Source of the DNA: Actinomycetota bacterium
GTDB taxonomy: Bacteria > Actinomycetota > UBA4738 > HRBIN12
Direction of reading: 5' to 3'
Assembly: GCA_040004125.1 (NCBI GenBank)
Contig: JBDUBL010000005.1
Span: 1-52,437, forward strand
DNA length: 52,437 nt
Made by a program: the position numbers and the translations under genes. The notes below the pieces were generated by a model. It did not search any database. It saw only the letters and a list, made by a program, of their open reading frames with translations, and was not told where the DNA came from. How positions within the stretch are numbered: the stretch's first letter is position 1; every line of letters starts with the position of its first letter. This document shows, one piece after another, positions 35,810 to 45,928 of the stretch.

Positions 35810-36571
35810 TCAGGTGCGGCCGGCCATCCGGTGCGACGCGGCGGCCGCCGCGTCCATCACCTGACGCGCGAGATGGGAGACGTCGCGCGCCGGCAGCCGG
35901 TACGCGGGGCCCGACACACTGATCGCCGCCACGGCCGCGTCGTCGACCAGGACAGGCGCCGCGATCGTCACCAACCCTTCTTCGAGCTCGCCGGTGCTGG
36001 CCGCGTATCCCTGCCGGCGCACCTGATCCAAGACCTCCGCCAACCTCGCGGGATCGGTGACGGTGCGCTCGGTCAGCCGCTCCAGCCGGACGCCGGCCAG
36101 CAGATCGGCTGCGCCTTCCGCGCCGAACGCCAGCAGGACCTTTCCGCTGGAGCTCGCGTGCACGGGACTGCGCCTGCCCACCCAGCTCGCCATCACGACG
36201 GTCTGGGCGGGCGTCACCTGGTCTACATAGACGACGTGGAGCCCGTCGCGGATCGCGAGGTTGATCGTCTCGGCGGTAACCGCTGACAGGTGTTCCAGCT
36301 CGGGACGTGCCTGACTGACCACCGGCAGGCGATCGACAGCCGCGGCCGCCAGCCCGACGATGCGCGCACCCAGCCGATATCGGCCACGCATTTCGTCCCG
36401 CTCGATCAACCCCGCGGCACCGAGCGTCGCGAGCAAACGAGACGCCGTCGACGGGTGCACTCCTAGGTGTCGAGCGACCGCACGGACGCCGATGCCGTCG
36501 CGCTCGGCTCCCAACAGATCCAAGACGGCGACGACGCGTTCTGCCGTCTCCGTCACCCTCATCAGACGCAC
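35810..36571 (-). CDS. IclR family transcriptional regulator
   Basis: N-terminal HTH (STASRLLATL), ETINL, SSGKVLLA, IAAPV, ISVSGP; alternative start 36562. Confidence 0.93.
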   Translation of the reverse strand: MRLMRVTETAERVVAVLDLLGAERDGIGVRAVARHLGVHPSTASRLLATLGAAGLIERDEMRGRYRLGARIVGLAAAAVDRLPVVSQARPELEHLSAVTAETINLAIRDGLHVVYVDQVTPAQTVVMASWVGRRSPVHASSSGKVLLAFGAEGAADLLAGVRLERLTERTVTDPARLAEVLDQVRRQGYAASTGELEEGLVTIAAPVLVDDAAVAAISVSGPAYRLPARDVSHLARQVMDAAAAASHRMAGRT

Positions 36572-36592
36572 AGTACTTGTTCATTTCGAATG

Positions 36593-36607
36593 TTGCCCAC
36601 ACGGCAA
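36593..36607. promoter_or_regulatory. Candidate IclR operator
   Basis: TTGCC-N5-GGCAA 15-bp palindrome in the AT-richer gap between the IclR gene and the divergent operon. Confidence 0.45.
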
Positions 36608-36650
36608 TAGTCCTCTTGTCCCCGAGGAGTCGTCCCCATAGGTTCCGCCC

Positions 36651-37466
36651 GTGACGCGGGGAGCGCAGCGGGCGATCGACCCGGAGGCGGGGCTGGCCGA
36701 AGAGCTCGGCATCGCGATGAGCGCGGCTGACGCCGCTGCGGCCGTCACGCTCGCTTGGTTCGGCGACCGGCTCCCGGTCGAGCTCAAGGCCGACGCCACA
36801 CCGGTGACGGAGGTCGATGGCGCCGCGGAACGCGTCATCCGGGCGGTGCTGGCTGCGCGCGCGCCCGACGATGGCATCCTCGGCGAAGAAGGGGGGCACA
36901 CGCCCGGCGCCAACGGGCGCACCTGGGTGATCGACCCCGTCGACGGGACGAAGCTGTACGCCGAGGGCATCCCGTTGTGGACCACGCTGATCGCCCTGGT
37001 GGTCGACGATGTGCCCGTGTTGGGTGTGGCCGACGCGCCGGCCCTGGGCGAGCGCTACCACGCGGTGCGCGGCGGCGGCGCTTGGCGCGGCGAGCAGCGT
37101 CTGCACGTCTCCGGCGTCGAAGCCCTCGACGAGGCCTTCGTGGGCCATTCCCCGATCGAAGAGTGGGCCGCCGTCGGCGACGAGGGCCAGCTGCTCGGTG
37201 TCGCCGCCCGGGTCCGACGCACCCGTGGGCTGAGCGACGCCTGGGCGCACCTGCTAGTCGCGCAGGGTTCGATGGAGGCGCTGCTGGAACACGAACCATG
37301 TTTCCCGTGGGATTGGTCCGCCACGGCGGTCATCGTCGAGGAAGCGGGAGGACGTATCACCACACTGACGGGTGTCATTCCGGCTCCCGGCTGCAACCTG
37401 TTGGTTTCGAATGGGAGCGTGCACGACACGATCGTGGCGGCGCTCGCGAAGGAGGGAACCCGATGA
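36651..37466 (+). CDS. Inositol monophosphatase family (histidinol-phosphatase-like)
   Basis: GEE, WVIDPVDGT, WD, EAGG; TAGGTT 6 nt before GTG. Confidence 0.88.
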   Translation: MTRGAQRAIDPEAGLAEELGIAMSAADAAAAVTLAWFGDRLPVELKADATPVTEVDGAAERVIRAVLAARAPDDGILGEEGGHTPGANGRTWVIDPVDGTKLYAEGIPLWTTLIALVVDDVPVLGVADAPALGERYHAVRGGGAWRGEQRLHVSGVEALDEAFVGHSPIEEWAAVGDEGQLLGVAARVRRTRGLSDAWAHLLVAQGSMEALLEHEPCFPWDWSATAVIVEEAGGRITTLTGVIPAPGCNLLVSNGSVHDTIVAALAKEGTR

Positions 37467-39256
37467 GCACCCAACACCGCAGAGCACTCGGTGTCGCAGC
37501 GAGCATCGCCGTCGCTTGGCTGGCGCTGGCCGGTCCGTCGGCCTACGCGCAGTCCGCCCAGCCGAGCAGCGCCGACCAGGTCGTCCTGCGCGTCGGCGTG
37601 TCGGCGGACCTCACCACCGACAACGTGTTCGCGGTGAGCGCGGGCAGCGACTACACCGTGGCGACCACGGAGTACGACATGCTGCAGAAGTTCTCGGTGG
37701 CCGATGCGACCGCCGCGCCGAGCCTGGCCACCGGATGCGATCACAGCGCCGACTACACGACCTGGACGTGCACGCTGCGCGACGGGCTGCTGTGGAGCGA
37801 CGGTACACCCCTGACGTCCGAGGACGTCGCGTTCAGCTACCGCTTCGTGATCGACAACAAGATCCCGCAGTACAAGAGCTACTTCCCCGGCAACCCCGTC
37901 TTCACGACGCCGAACCCGACGACCTTCGTGTGGACCGCGGATGAACCGACGTTCGCGCCGACGATGCCACCCTGGGTCTACATCGTGCCCGAGCACGTAT
38001 GGTCGCAGTACGACGGCCAGTCCCTGAAAGACATCCGCGCGGTCTCCGGCATGAACCCCGTGGTCAGCGGTCCGTTCATGCTGACCAACTGGACACACGG
38101 ACAGGGCTTCACGATGGTGCGCAACCCGAGTTTCTGGGGTCCGGCGCCCACGGTCGATCAGGTCGACTACCGCGTCTACACGAACCAGGAAGCGATGATC
38201 CAAGCCCTCAAGAACGGCGAGATCGACATCGCCGACGGACTGACGCCGTCGCTGATCAACTCGGTCGCGAATACCCCGAACGTCACGGTCCAGAAGGTGG
38301 TGTCGGATTGGTGGCTCAACCTTGCGTTCAACTTCGGCGGCCAGAACGCCGACGCCCATCCGTTACCGGCGTTGCATGACCTCACGGTACGCAAGGCGAT
38401 CGAGATGGCGATCGACAAGAACGCGATCGTGAGCAAGGTCTACGAGGGTGCGGCGACTGCCGGCGACACGATCGTGCGACCTGCATCCGCGTACTGGCAT
38501 CTCGACATCCCCGCCGATCAGGAGCTCCCCTACGACCCGGCCGCTGCGAACAAGCTGCTCGAGGACGCGGGCTATCGCGACACCAACGACGATGGCGTGC
38601 GAGAAGACCCCGCCACCGGCGATGCGCTCGAGCTGCAGATGCCGGCATCCTCCGACACCACCGGGGCCGTGGATGCCGGCCAGCTGATCGTCGGGTTCCT
38701 CAAAGAGATCGGCATCAAGGTCGATCTGTTGCCCGCCACCGACACCAAGATGAACGACTACTGGGGCTCGGGGAACTTCGACGCGTACATCTGGTACTGG
38801 AGCGGCGATCCGGACCCGAACTATCAGCTGTTCGTCTTCACCTCGGAACAGTGCGGTTCCTGGAGTGACGGCTGTTGGAAAGACCCGCACTTCGACCAGC
38901 TGTATGAGCAGCAGCGCAGCATGATGGATCAGACGCAACGTCAAAAGATCGTGCTGGAAGCGCAGCAATATGAATACGGACAGGTCCCGGGGGTCGTGCT
39001 CGCCTATCCCAACTGGCTCGAGGCCTACCGCAACGACCGCTTCACCGGCTGGATCCCCTCCCCGGGTCCCCAGGGGTACCTGCTGGCGACCTACAACTAC
39101 GACACCCTGCTCGCCGTGAAGCCGGTCGCGGGGGCCTCGACCAGCGGGTCGACGTCCGTGCCCGGCTGGATCTGGTTGGTCGCGGGCGTGGCGATCGCCG
39201 GGGTGATCGTGCTGGTGGTCCGTCACGGTCGACGCACCGAGCTCGACGAGGCCTGA
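37463..39256 (+). CDS. ABC transporter substrate-binding protein, family 5 (Opp/Dpp/Nik), C-terminal TM anchor
   Basis: WSDGTPLTSEDVAFS, SGPF, VRKAIEMAIDK; signal peptide ending AYA; hydrophobic C-terminus; RBS AAGGAGG. Confidence 0.92.
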   Translation: MSTQHRRALGVAASIAVAWLALAGPSAYAQSAQPSSADQVVLRVGVSADLTTDNVFAVSAGSDYTVATTEYDMLQKFSVADATAAPSLATGCDHSADYTTWTCTLRDGLLWSDGTPLTSEDVAFSYRFVIDNKIPQYKSYFPGNPVFTTPNPTTFVWTADEPTFAPTMPPWVYIVPEHVWSQYDGQSLKDIRAVSGMNPVVSGPFMLTNWTHGQGFTMVRNPSFWGPAPTVDQVDYRVYTNQEAMIQALKNGEIDIADGLTPSLINSVANTPNVTVQKVVSDWWLNLAFNFGGQNADAHPLPALHDLTVRKAIEMAIDKNAIVSKVYEGAATAGDTIVRPASAYWHLDIPADQELPYDPAAANKLLEDAGYRDTNDDGVREDPATGDALELQMPASSDTTGAVDAGQLIVGFLKEIGIKVDLLPATDTKMNDYWGSGNFDAYIWYWSGDPDPNYQLFVFTSEQCGSWSDGCWKDPHFDQLYEQQRSMMDQTQRQKIVLEAQQYEYGQVPGVVLAYPNWLEAYRNDRFTGWIPSPGPQGYLLATYNYDTLLAVKPVAGASTSGSTSVPGWIWLVAGVAIAGVIVLVVRHGRRTELDEA

Positions 39257-39268
39257 GGAACTGAAACT

Positions 39269-40234
39269 ATGGGGTCGCGGCGGTACCTGCTCAGCAAGGT
39301 GCTGCAGGCCGTCGTGACCCTGTGGTTCGTGCTCACCTTCAACTTCGTGCTGTTCCACACGCTTCCGGGTGACCCGGTCGCGACGCTCGCGCGCAGCGAG
39401 AAACTGGCGCCCGAAGACATCGAGCGACTCCAGCACGAGCTCGGCCTCGATCGTCCGCTGCCGCTGCAATACCTCATCTACCTACGGGAGACGCTGACCG
39501 GCAACCTTGGTCGGTCGTTGAGTACCACCGAGGAGGTCAAGGACATGATCGGCGTCCGGGTGCTGCCGACCGTGCTGTTGGTCGGTCTCGGGACGCTCAT
39601 CGCTACCTACTTCGGGATCCTGATCGGCATCCACGGCGGGTGGAACCGCGGCAGCCGATTCGACACGAGCTCGCAATACAGCTCGTTGATCCTGTATTCG
39701 ATGCCCGAAGGCTGGCTCGGCATGCTGCTGTTACTCGTGTTCTCGGGCTGGTTGCACTGGTTCCCCGCCGGCGGGTATACGTCCGCCGAACTGACCGGCG
39801 TCGCGCGGTTCGTCGACGTCCTGGATCACCTGTTCCTGCCCCTGCTGACGCTGACGCTCGGCTATATCGGCGGGTACGCGATCGTGATGCGAGCGGCGAT
39901 GATCGATACGACCCACGAGGATTTCGTCAAGACCGCCCGCTCCAAAGGCGTTCCCGAGCGGCTGATCCGCAAACGCCACGTCGTGCCGAACGCATTCCTG
40001 CCGGCCTTCACGCTGATCTTCCTGAGCTTCGGGTACGTGCTCGGCGGTGCGATCGTGATCGAGTCCGTGTACTCGTGGCCCGGCCTTGGCAGGCTCACCT
40101 ACGACGCGATCAACACGCTGGACTATCCCGTGATCCAGGCGGTCTTCCTGATCGCGAGCGCAGCCGTGATCCTGGCGAACTTTGCGGCCGACCTCACGTA
40201 CGGCTATCTCGATCCGCGGATCAAGAACGCCTGA
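39269..40234 (+). CDS. ABC transporter permease (DppB/OppB-like)
   Basis: PGDP, GLDRPL, TARSKG EAA loop, WPGLG, YLDPRI. Confidence 0.93.
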   Translation: MGSRRYLLSKVLQAVVTLWFVLTFNFVLFHTLPGDPVATLARSEKLAPEDIERLQHELGLDRPLPLQYLIYLRETLTGNLGRSLSTTEEVKDMIGVRVLPTVLLVGLGTLIATYFGILIGIHGGWNRGSRFDTSSQYSSLILYSMPEGWLGMLLLLVFSGWLHWFPAGGYTSAELTGVARFVDVLDHLFLPLLTLTLGYIGGYAIVMRAAMIDTTHEDFVKTARSKGVPERLIRKRHVVPNAFLPAFTLIFLSFGYVLGGAIVIESVYSWPGLGRLTYDAINTLDYPVIQAVFLIASAAVILANFAADLTYGYLDPRIKNA

Positions 40235-40235
40235 G

Positions 40236-41147
40236 ATGGGAGCGACGACGGTTGCCCGCCGGGCGAAAGTCAGCCCATGGAGCCGACGCCGTGCCACGAT
40301 GGCCGGCCATTGGCGGACATTTCGCACGAGCCGGCGGGGGATGGTGGGGCTCGCGATCCTTTCGTTCTTCATCGCCCTCGGGATCGCCTCGCCGCTGCTG
40401 GTGAGCGAGGCAGACCTGAGCCCGGCGCTGGCGAACGGGCCACTGCACGCGCCGCCGCAGGCGGGCTACCCGCTCGGCACGGATAACTTCGGGCGATCGG
40501 TGCTCGATCTGCTGATCGCCGGCGCGCGCGTGTCGCTGCTCGTCGGGCTGACAGCCGCCCTGGGCGCGATGGTGATCGGCGCGGTCGTGGGCATCTCGGC
40601 CGGGTACTTCGGCGGCACGAAGGTCGACACGTTGCTGAACGCCGTCACGAACTGGTTCCTGGTGATCCCGTGGCTCGCACTGGCCATCGCTTTGGCGACG
40701 GTGCTCGGCGCGAGCCTCACGAACGTGATCATCGTGATCGCGATCACCTCGTGGGCCGGCACGGCGCGGATCGTCCGCGCGCAGTCGCTCACCGTCAAGG
40801 AACGCTCCTTCATCGAACGATCGCGTGCGCTTGGCGGTACCAACTGGCACGTCATCACGCGCCACGTGCTGCCCAACGTGTTCCCCGTGCTGTTCGCCAA
40901 CACGATCTTGATGGTCGCGCTTGCGATCTTGTCCGAAACGACCCTGGCGATCCTGGGGCTGAGCGACCCCATCGCGATCTCCTGGGGCAAGATCATCGAG
41001 AGCTCGTTCAACGCGGGTGCGGCGACCGCCGGATGGTGGTGGTGGCTGATCCCGCCCGGCGTCTGCATCGTGCTCGTGACGCTCGCCTTCACGATGGTCG
41101 GCTTCGCGCTGGACGAGATCCTGTCCCCCCGCCTGCGTCAGCGCTAG
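40236..41147 (+). CDS. ABC transporter permease (DppC/OppC-like)
   Basis: LGTDNFGRSV, ARIVRAQ, HVLPN, SWG, PPG. Confidence 0.93.
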   Translation: MGATTVARRAKVSPWSRRRATMAGHWRTFRTSRRGMVGLAILSFFIALGIASPLLVSEADLSPALANGPLHAPPQAGYPLGTDNFGRSVLDLLIAGARVSLLVGLTAALGAMVIGAVVGISAGYFGGTKVDTLLNAVTNWFLVIPWLALAIALATVLGASLTNVIIVIAITSWAGTARIVRAQSLTVKERSFIERSRALGGTNWHVITRHVLPNVFPVLFANTILMVALAILSETTLAILGLSDPIAISWGKIIESSFNAGAATAGWWWWLIPPGVCIVLVTLAFTMVGFALDEILSPRLRQR

Positions 41148-41242
41148 GCGGTACGACAACCCACCCCAACCCGATCAACCAGGTCTGGAACTCGTCGCCG
41201 GCTCGAACCACGCGATCTCGCGCGGCGTCATAGGGTCATCGC

Positions 41243-42433
41243 ATGCGGCAACTCGCGTGGATCCTGTCGGCGGCGGCGGTCGCCTGCACCGGTGCGACAC
41301 CGGGAACCACCACCACGGGCCCCGCGCCGAGTTCGAGCGTCGCCACGCCGAGCGTGGAGGGCGATCGGCTCCTGGTGCTGCGCGACGACGGGAACCTCGT
41401 CACGATGGATCCCACCGGTGGGGCGGTCCTGCCACTCACGACCGATGCCGATGCCGGTGCGAGCGTGATCGTCGATCAGCCGGTGGCCTCCCCCGACGGC
41501 CGCTCGATCGCGTGGGTGGAAATCCGCAACGACGGACCACGCGTCGTCACGACCTCTCGCGCCGGCGGCAATCGGCGCGAGATCCCGATGACGCTGGCGC
41601 CGTTCTTCCTCGCATGGGACCCGACTTCCTCACGGATCGCCTACCTCGGCAACGCCGGCTCCGGGATCGGGCTCGGCGTGATCGACAACGCGGTCGTACA
41701 GCCCCACGACACGCCAGTCGGCGGCGGGACTCCCTTGTATGTGTCGTGGTCGCCCGCGGGCACCGAACTGCTGGTGCATGTCGGCGCCGACGGGCTCGGG
41801 CGCACCGACTTCGTGCACGGCCTGCATCCGACCGGCGATACGCCGGGCACGTTCCAAGCGCCGGCCTGGCTGCCGGACGGCCGCACGGTCACCGTGACGA
41901 TTCGGGGTCGGCTCCAGGAGCTCGACGTGTCGGGGCGCGGCGCGCGCGTCATCTTGCGGCGGTTCCGCGGCGGCGCCCTGTTCGAGGCAAGCCCCGATGG
42001 CACGCGCCTCGCTTACCGGCTCGATCGTCCCGACGGCTCCCAGGCGGGTGTCTATGTGCAGCCGCTCGACGGCGATCCGGCGACCCTGGTGACGCACGAG
42101 GACACGCTCGCGTTCTTCTGGTCGCCCGCCGGCGACCAGCTGTTGCTGCTCACCGGCCGGCCGGGTGGCCAGGAACTCCGCTGGCGCGTCTGGCGGGGTG
42201 GGGAGCGGTTCACCGGCGATCCGTTCCTTCCGAGCCCGACGTTCCTTCGCGACTACGTGCCGTTCTTCGACCAGTACGCCCAGACGATCACCCCTTGGGC
42301 TCCCGACGGATCGGCGTTCGCCTACGCGGGGCTGCAGGACGGTCGGGCGGGCATCTGGGTACAGCCACTCGACGGACCCCGACGTTTGATCAGTGACGGC
42401 GGCTTCGTCACCTGGGCGCCGGCGCCCCGCTAG
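41243..42433 (+). CDS. TolB-like beta-propeller lipoprotein
   Basis: Lipobox-like AVAC, Thr/Ser linker, repeated WSP/SPDG motifs; TAGGGT 6 nt before ATG. Confidence 0.8.
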   Translation: MRQLAWILSAAAVACTGATPGTTTTGPAPSSSVATPSVEGDRLLVLRDDGNLVTMDPTGGAVLPLTTDADAGASVIVDQPVASPDGRSIAWVEIRNDGPRVVTTSRAGGNRREIPMTLAPFFLAWDPTSSRIAYLGNAGSGIGLGVIDNAVVQPHDTPVGGGTPLYVSWSPAGTELLVHVGADGLGRTDFVHGLHPTGDTPGTFQAPAWLPDGRTVTVTIRGRLQELDVSGRGARVILRRFRGGALFEASPDGTRLAYRLDRPDGSQAGVYVQPLDGDPATLVTHEDTLAFFWSPAGDQLLLLTGRPGGQELRWRVWRGGERFTGDPFLPSPTFLRDYVPFFDQYAQTITPWAPDGSAFAYAGLQDGRAGIWVQPLDGPRRLISDGGFVTWAPAPR

Positions 42434-44769
42434 CGTCCGAGCGAGCGGAGCGTCTCGTCAAGCGCCGCAACAACCACCGGGATGTGCTCCTGGCCGAACA
42501 CGAGCGGTGGCCGCACCTTCAAGACGTTGTCGTGGCGACCGGTCGACCCGACGAGCACGCCTCGCGTGCGCATCCCGTTCTTCACGTCGCTCGCGAGCAT
42601 GGCATCGGGCTCCGTCGTCTGGTCCCGCACGAACTCGACGCCGGCCAGCAGACCCGTTCCCCGGACGTCGCCGATCGACGGATGGTGTGGTGCCAGATCC
42701 TGGATCGCCGCACGCAGCGCGGGACCGATCCGGCCCGCACGCTCGACGAGGCGCTCGTCCTCGATCACATCGAGCACCGCGAGGGCGGCGGCACACGCGA
42801 CCGGATTGCCCCCGAACGTCGAGAACCACTCGGTGGTCGTGGCGAAGCGTTGGGTGATCTCACGACGGGTGACAACCGCGGCGACCGGATGACCGTTGCC
42901 CATCGGCTTGCCCATCGTTACGAAATCGGCTTCGACGTCGTTGACCGCGAAAGACCAGAGGCCGCCGCCGCTGCGGCCGTGGCCCACCTGCACCTCGTCG
43001 GCGACGTAGAGGGCGCCGACCTCGTGGGTGCGGGCCGCCAGCGCTCGCACATAGGCGGGCGGCGGCGCCAGGATGCCGTCGGAGGTGAAGCCGCCGTCGA
43101 CGAAGGTGATCGCCGGCAGGATGCCCCGCTCCTGCAACCGCTCGGTCGCCCGGAGCAGATCGTCGGCCGCGTCGCCGGGGTCCGTCTGCTCGCGGAAGAG
43201 GTCGAGGGCGTCGAACAGCTCGACGTGCGTCGGCCGGTACCCGCCGCGCCACTCTTCGGGCGAGATATCGGCGATCGCCTGGGTCACGCCGTGATACGCG
43301 AAGGCGCTGGCCAGCCCGCCCGTGGCCCCGGTCCAGACGGTCGCCAGGCGCCACGCCGTGTCGTTGGCCTCGCTGCCGGAGTTCACGAACAGCACCGTGT
43401 CCAGGCCCGATCCCTCGGGCATGCTCGACACCAGTCGTTCCGCCAGCTCGACCGAGGCATCGTGCAGGTACCGCATGTTCGTGTTGAGCAACCGCGACTG
43501 GCGGGCGATCGCGTCGGTGACCCGAGGGTGGCAGTGACCGACCACCGGGACGTTGTTGTAGCAGTCGAGGAACCGGTTCCCGTCGGTGTCGGTCAGCCAC
43601 ACGCCCTCGCCCGACACCAGGTGCAGGGGCTGTTCATAGGTCAATGGCGACAGGGCCGGGCCAAACACCTCCCGCCGCCGCGCGATCAAGTTGGAGGCGT
43701 CGGTGACGGTCGCGTCGAAGCGCAGGCGCTGCCGCAGCCGAGCACCGCCGTCGGCCTCGAGGTAGGCGAGCAGCGGCCACAGGCGCTCCTGCCAGCCGTG
43801 CAGATAGTTGTTGTGCGGATGCCTCTTGGCCCGCCAGCCGAAGAGCACCGCGACCGTCACGAGTCGTGCCGACAGCAGATCCGGTAGCACGCGCAGCTCC
43901 TCGGGCTCCAGCGGGGTCACCGAGCGGTAACCATCGATGAAGCCCATCGCAAGCGGAACGACGTCGGTGTCGGCGCGCCCCGCGAGCAGGGATTCCAGGG
44001 CTGCGGCGAGATCGCACACCATCGCCGTGTGACTCATATCGCCGAAATCGATGATGCCGCTGATGCGGCCACGACCGTCGACGAGGGCGTTGTCGAGGGT
44101 CACGTCGCCGTGGATCACTTGGGATCGCAACACCGGCCATCGCGGCGCGACGTCGGTCCCGAATCGCTCGAGGACGCGGTTCACCAACACGTGGTGAGCC
44201 GGATCCTCGATCGCGTCGGTCATCGGCCGCAGCGACAGCGCGTGCTGAACGTCCCAGAGCAACACGCGGCCCGCGGAAGGGTCGAAGAACGAACGGAGCG
44301 CCCGGGCCAGACGGGCGACCATCGCCCCGTACGCGAACAAGGCATCGCCGTCCAAGGTGAGCGGATCGATCGAGGCGGTGCCGGGCATGAAGGTGGATGC
44401 ACGCACGAGGTGTTCCACGCCGCCCGGTCCGTTGGCGCGGGTCGCGAACGCCTTGGGACCGGTCGCCGGGTCGGCGCCCCGCACGGGCAACGGCGCCGAG
44501 ACCGGCAGGGAAGGGTCGGCCGCGAGCACGTGCAAGGCGGCGGCGGTCTCCATGTGGACGATCGCAAGGTCTTCGCTGGCGTTGGAGATCTTGAGCGCAC
44601 CCACCGGCCCATGCTCGCCACGGATCAGGAACCCTTGATCTCGCTCGCTGCCGAGCGGGGACGCGGTGCCACGCAGACCGAAGAGATCCGCTGCGAGGGT
44701 TGCCGCTTCCTCGACGCCGAAGGCAGGCGGCTCCCCGCGCAGCACGTCGCCGTCCCTCGTCTCGACCAT
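42430..44769 (-). CDS. APH-like kinase fused to class III PLP aminotransferase/phospho-lyase
   Basis: IHGDVTLDN and IIDFGD kinase motifs; DCYNN, NSGSEAND, ADEVQVG, TMGKPMGNG, STFGGNP; alternative GTG 44775. Confidence 0.92.
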   Translation of the reverse strand: MVETRDGDVLRGEPPAFGVEEAATLAADLFGLRGTASPLGSERDQGFLIRGEHGPVGALKISNASEDLAIVHMETAAALHVLAADPSLPVSAPLPVRGADPATGPKAFATRANGPGGVEHLVRASTFMPGTASIDPLTLDGDALFAYGAMVARLARALRSFFDPSAGRVLLWDVQHALSLRPMTDAIEDPAHHVLVNRVLERFGTDVAPRWPVLRSQVIHGDVTLDNALVDGRGRISGIIDFGDMSHTAMVCDLAAALESLLAGRADTDVVPLAMGFIDGYRSVTPLEPEELRVLPDLLSARLVTVAVLFGWRAKRHPHNNYLHGWQERLWPLLAYLEADGGARLRQRLRFDATVTDASNLIARRREVFGPALSPLTYEQPLHLVSGEGVWLTDTDGNRFLDCYNNVPVVGHCHPRVTDAIARQSRLLNTNMRYLHDASVELAERLVSSMPEGSGLDTVLFVNSGSEANDTAWRLATVWTGATGGLASAFAYHGVTQAIADISPEEWRGGYRPTHVELFDALDLFREQTDPGDAADDLLRATERLQERGILPAITFVDGGFTSDGILAPPPAYVRALAARTHEVGALYVADEVQVGHGRSGGGLWSFAVNDVEADFVTMGKPMGNGHPVAAVVTRREITQRFATTTEWFSTFGGNPVACAAALAVLDVIEDERLVERAGRIGPALRAAIQDLAPHHPSIGDVRGTGLLAGVEFVRDQTTEPDAMLASDVKNGMRTRGVLVGSTGRHDNVLKVRPPLVFGQEHIPVVVAALDETLRSLGR

Positions 44770-44877
44770 GGCCACGGATGGTAGCGGGCCACCTGCAACA
44801 GCGGCTCCCGGCCGATACCGCAGACCCGTGATCCATGCATAGACTCACCCATCCACGAACCCAGGGAGGGAACGCTC

Positions 44878-45828
44878 ATGCGCACATCGACTCGCATGGC
44901 GGCGGTGCTGACCGCCGTCGGCGTCATCGTGATACTCGCCGCACCGGTGGCGGGGGCGCGAGCCCTCGACCCGAGCGGCAGATGCCTGCAACGCTCCGGT
45001 CCGGTGGGGCGCTCGGCGGGCCACGCGACAAGAGACGTCGTGGCGCTGACCGGGCATGACCGGTTGACGCGCTGGTTGGGGCGCCACCCGAACGCCGAAG
45101 CTGCCGCGACTGCCGCGGTGACCGCCAGGCCCGTGACGGTCGCGGTCGCGTTCCACGTGATCCGTGCTGACCTTACCGCCGACGGCGGCAACGTCACCGG
45201 CCGACAGATCCGTCGCCAGATCGCGGTGCTCAACGCCGCCTATGGCGGCACGACCGGGGGAAGCGACACAGGCTTCCAGTTCGACCTGGTGTCGATCGAC
45301 CGAACGACGGACGCGAGTTGGTTCAAGCTCAACGGCGGCAAGGAGCGCAAAGCCAAAGCCGCGCTGAAGGTTGGAGGCCTCGAGACGCTCAACATCTACT
45401 CGGCTGACCTCGGCAACTCGCTGCTGGGGTGGTCCTACCTGGCGCAGGACGCCGCCAGCGTCGGCGTGCTCGATGGCGTGGTCATCCACTACAAGTCGCT
45501 GCCCGGTGGTGGCTGGGGCCCGGACTACAGCGGCGGCGACACGGCGACACACGAGGTGGGCCACTGGCTCAACCTGCTGCATACCTTCGAAGGCGGATGC
45601 AACGGCGGCGGTGATCTAATCGATGACACGCCGGCCGAGGCGTCCCCCGCCTACGAATGCCCCGTGGGCCGCGATACGTGTGCGGCGACCGGCTTGGACC
45701 CGATCACGAACTTCATGGACTACACGTTCGATTCCTGCATGTTCCGGTTCACGGCCGACCAAGCGATCCGCATGCACGAGGGTTGGGCGGCGTATCGGGC
45801 GCCGGCCACGGCCGCCATTGCGGGGTAG
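44878..45828 (+). CDS. Secreted zinc metalloprotease, M43 (ulilysin/pappalysin) family
   Basis: HEVGHWLNLLHTF, NFMDY Met-turn, signal peptide. Confidence 0.92.
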   Translation: MRTSTRMAAVLTAVGVIVILAAPVAGARALDPSGRCLQRSGPVGRSAGHATRDVVALTGHDRLTRWLGRHPNAEAAATAAVTARPVTVAVAFHVIRADLTADGGNVTGRQIRRQIAVLNAAYGGTTGGSDTGFQFDLVSIDRTTDASWFKLNGGKERKAKAALKVGGLETLNIYSADLGNSLLGWSYLAQDAASVGVLDGVVIHYKSLPGGGWGPDYSGGDTATHEVGHWLNLLHTFEGGCNGGGDLIDDTPAEASPAYECPVGRDTCAATGLDPITNFMDYTFDSCMFRFTADQAIRMHEGWAAYRAPATAAIAG

Positions 45829-45928
45829 GTGATCTGCAGGCGGGGACCCGCCCTGGGCCCCCGCCTGCTCAAGCCATCCCCCAGATGGCCGAAGCCTTCC
45901 GCAGGAACCTGTGCGGAAGGTCTCGGGG

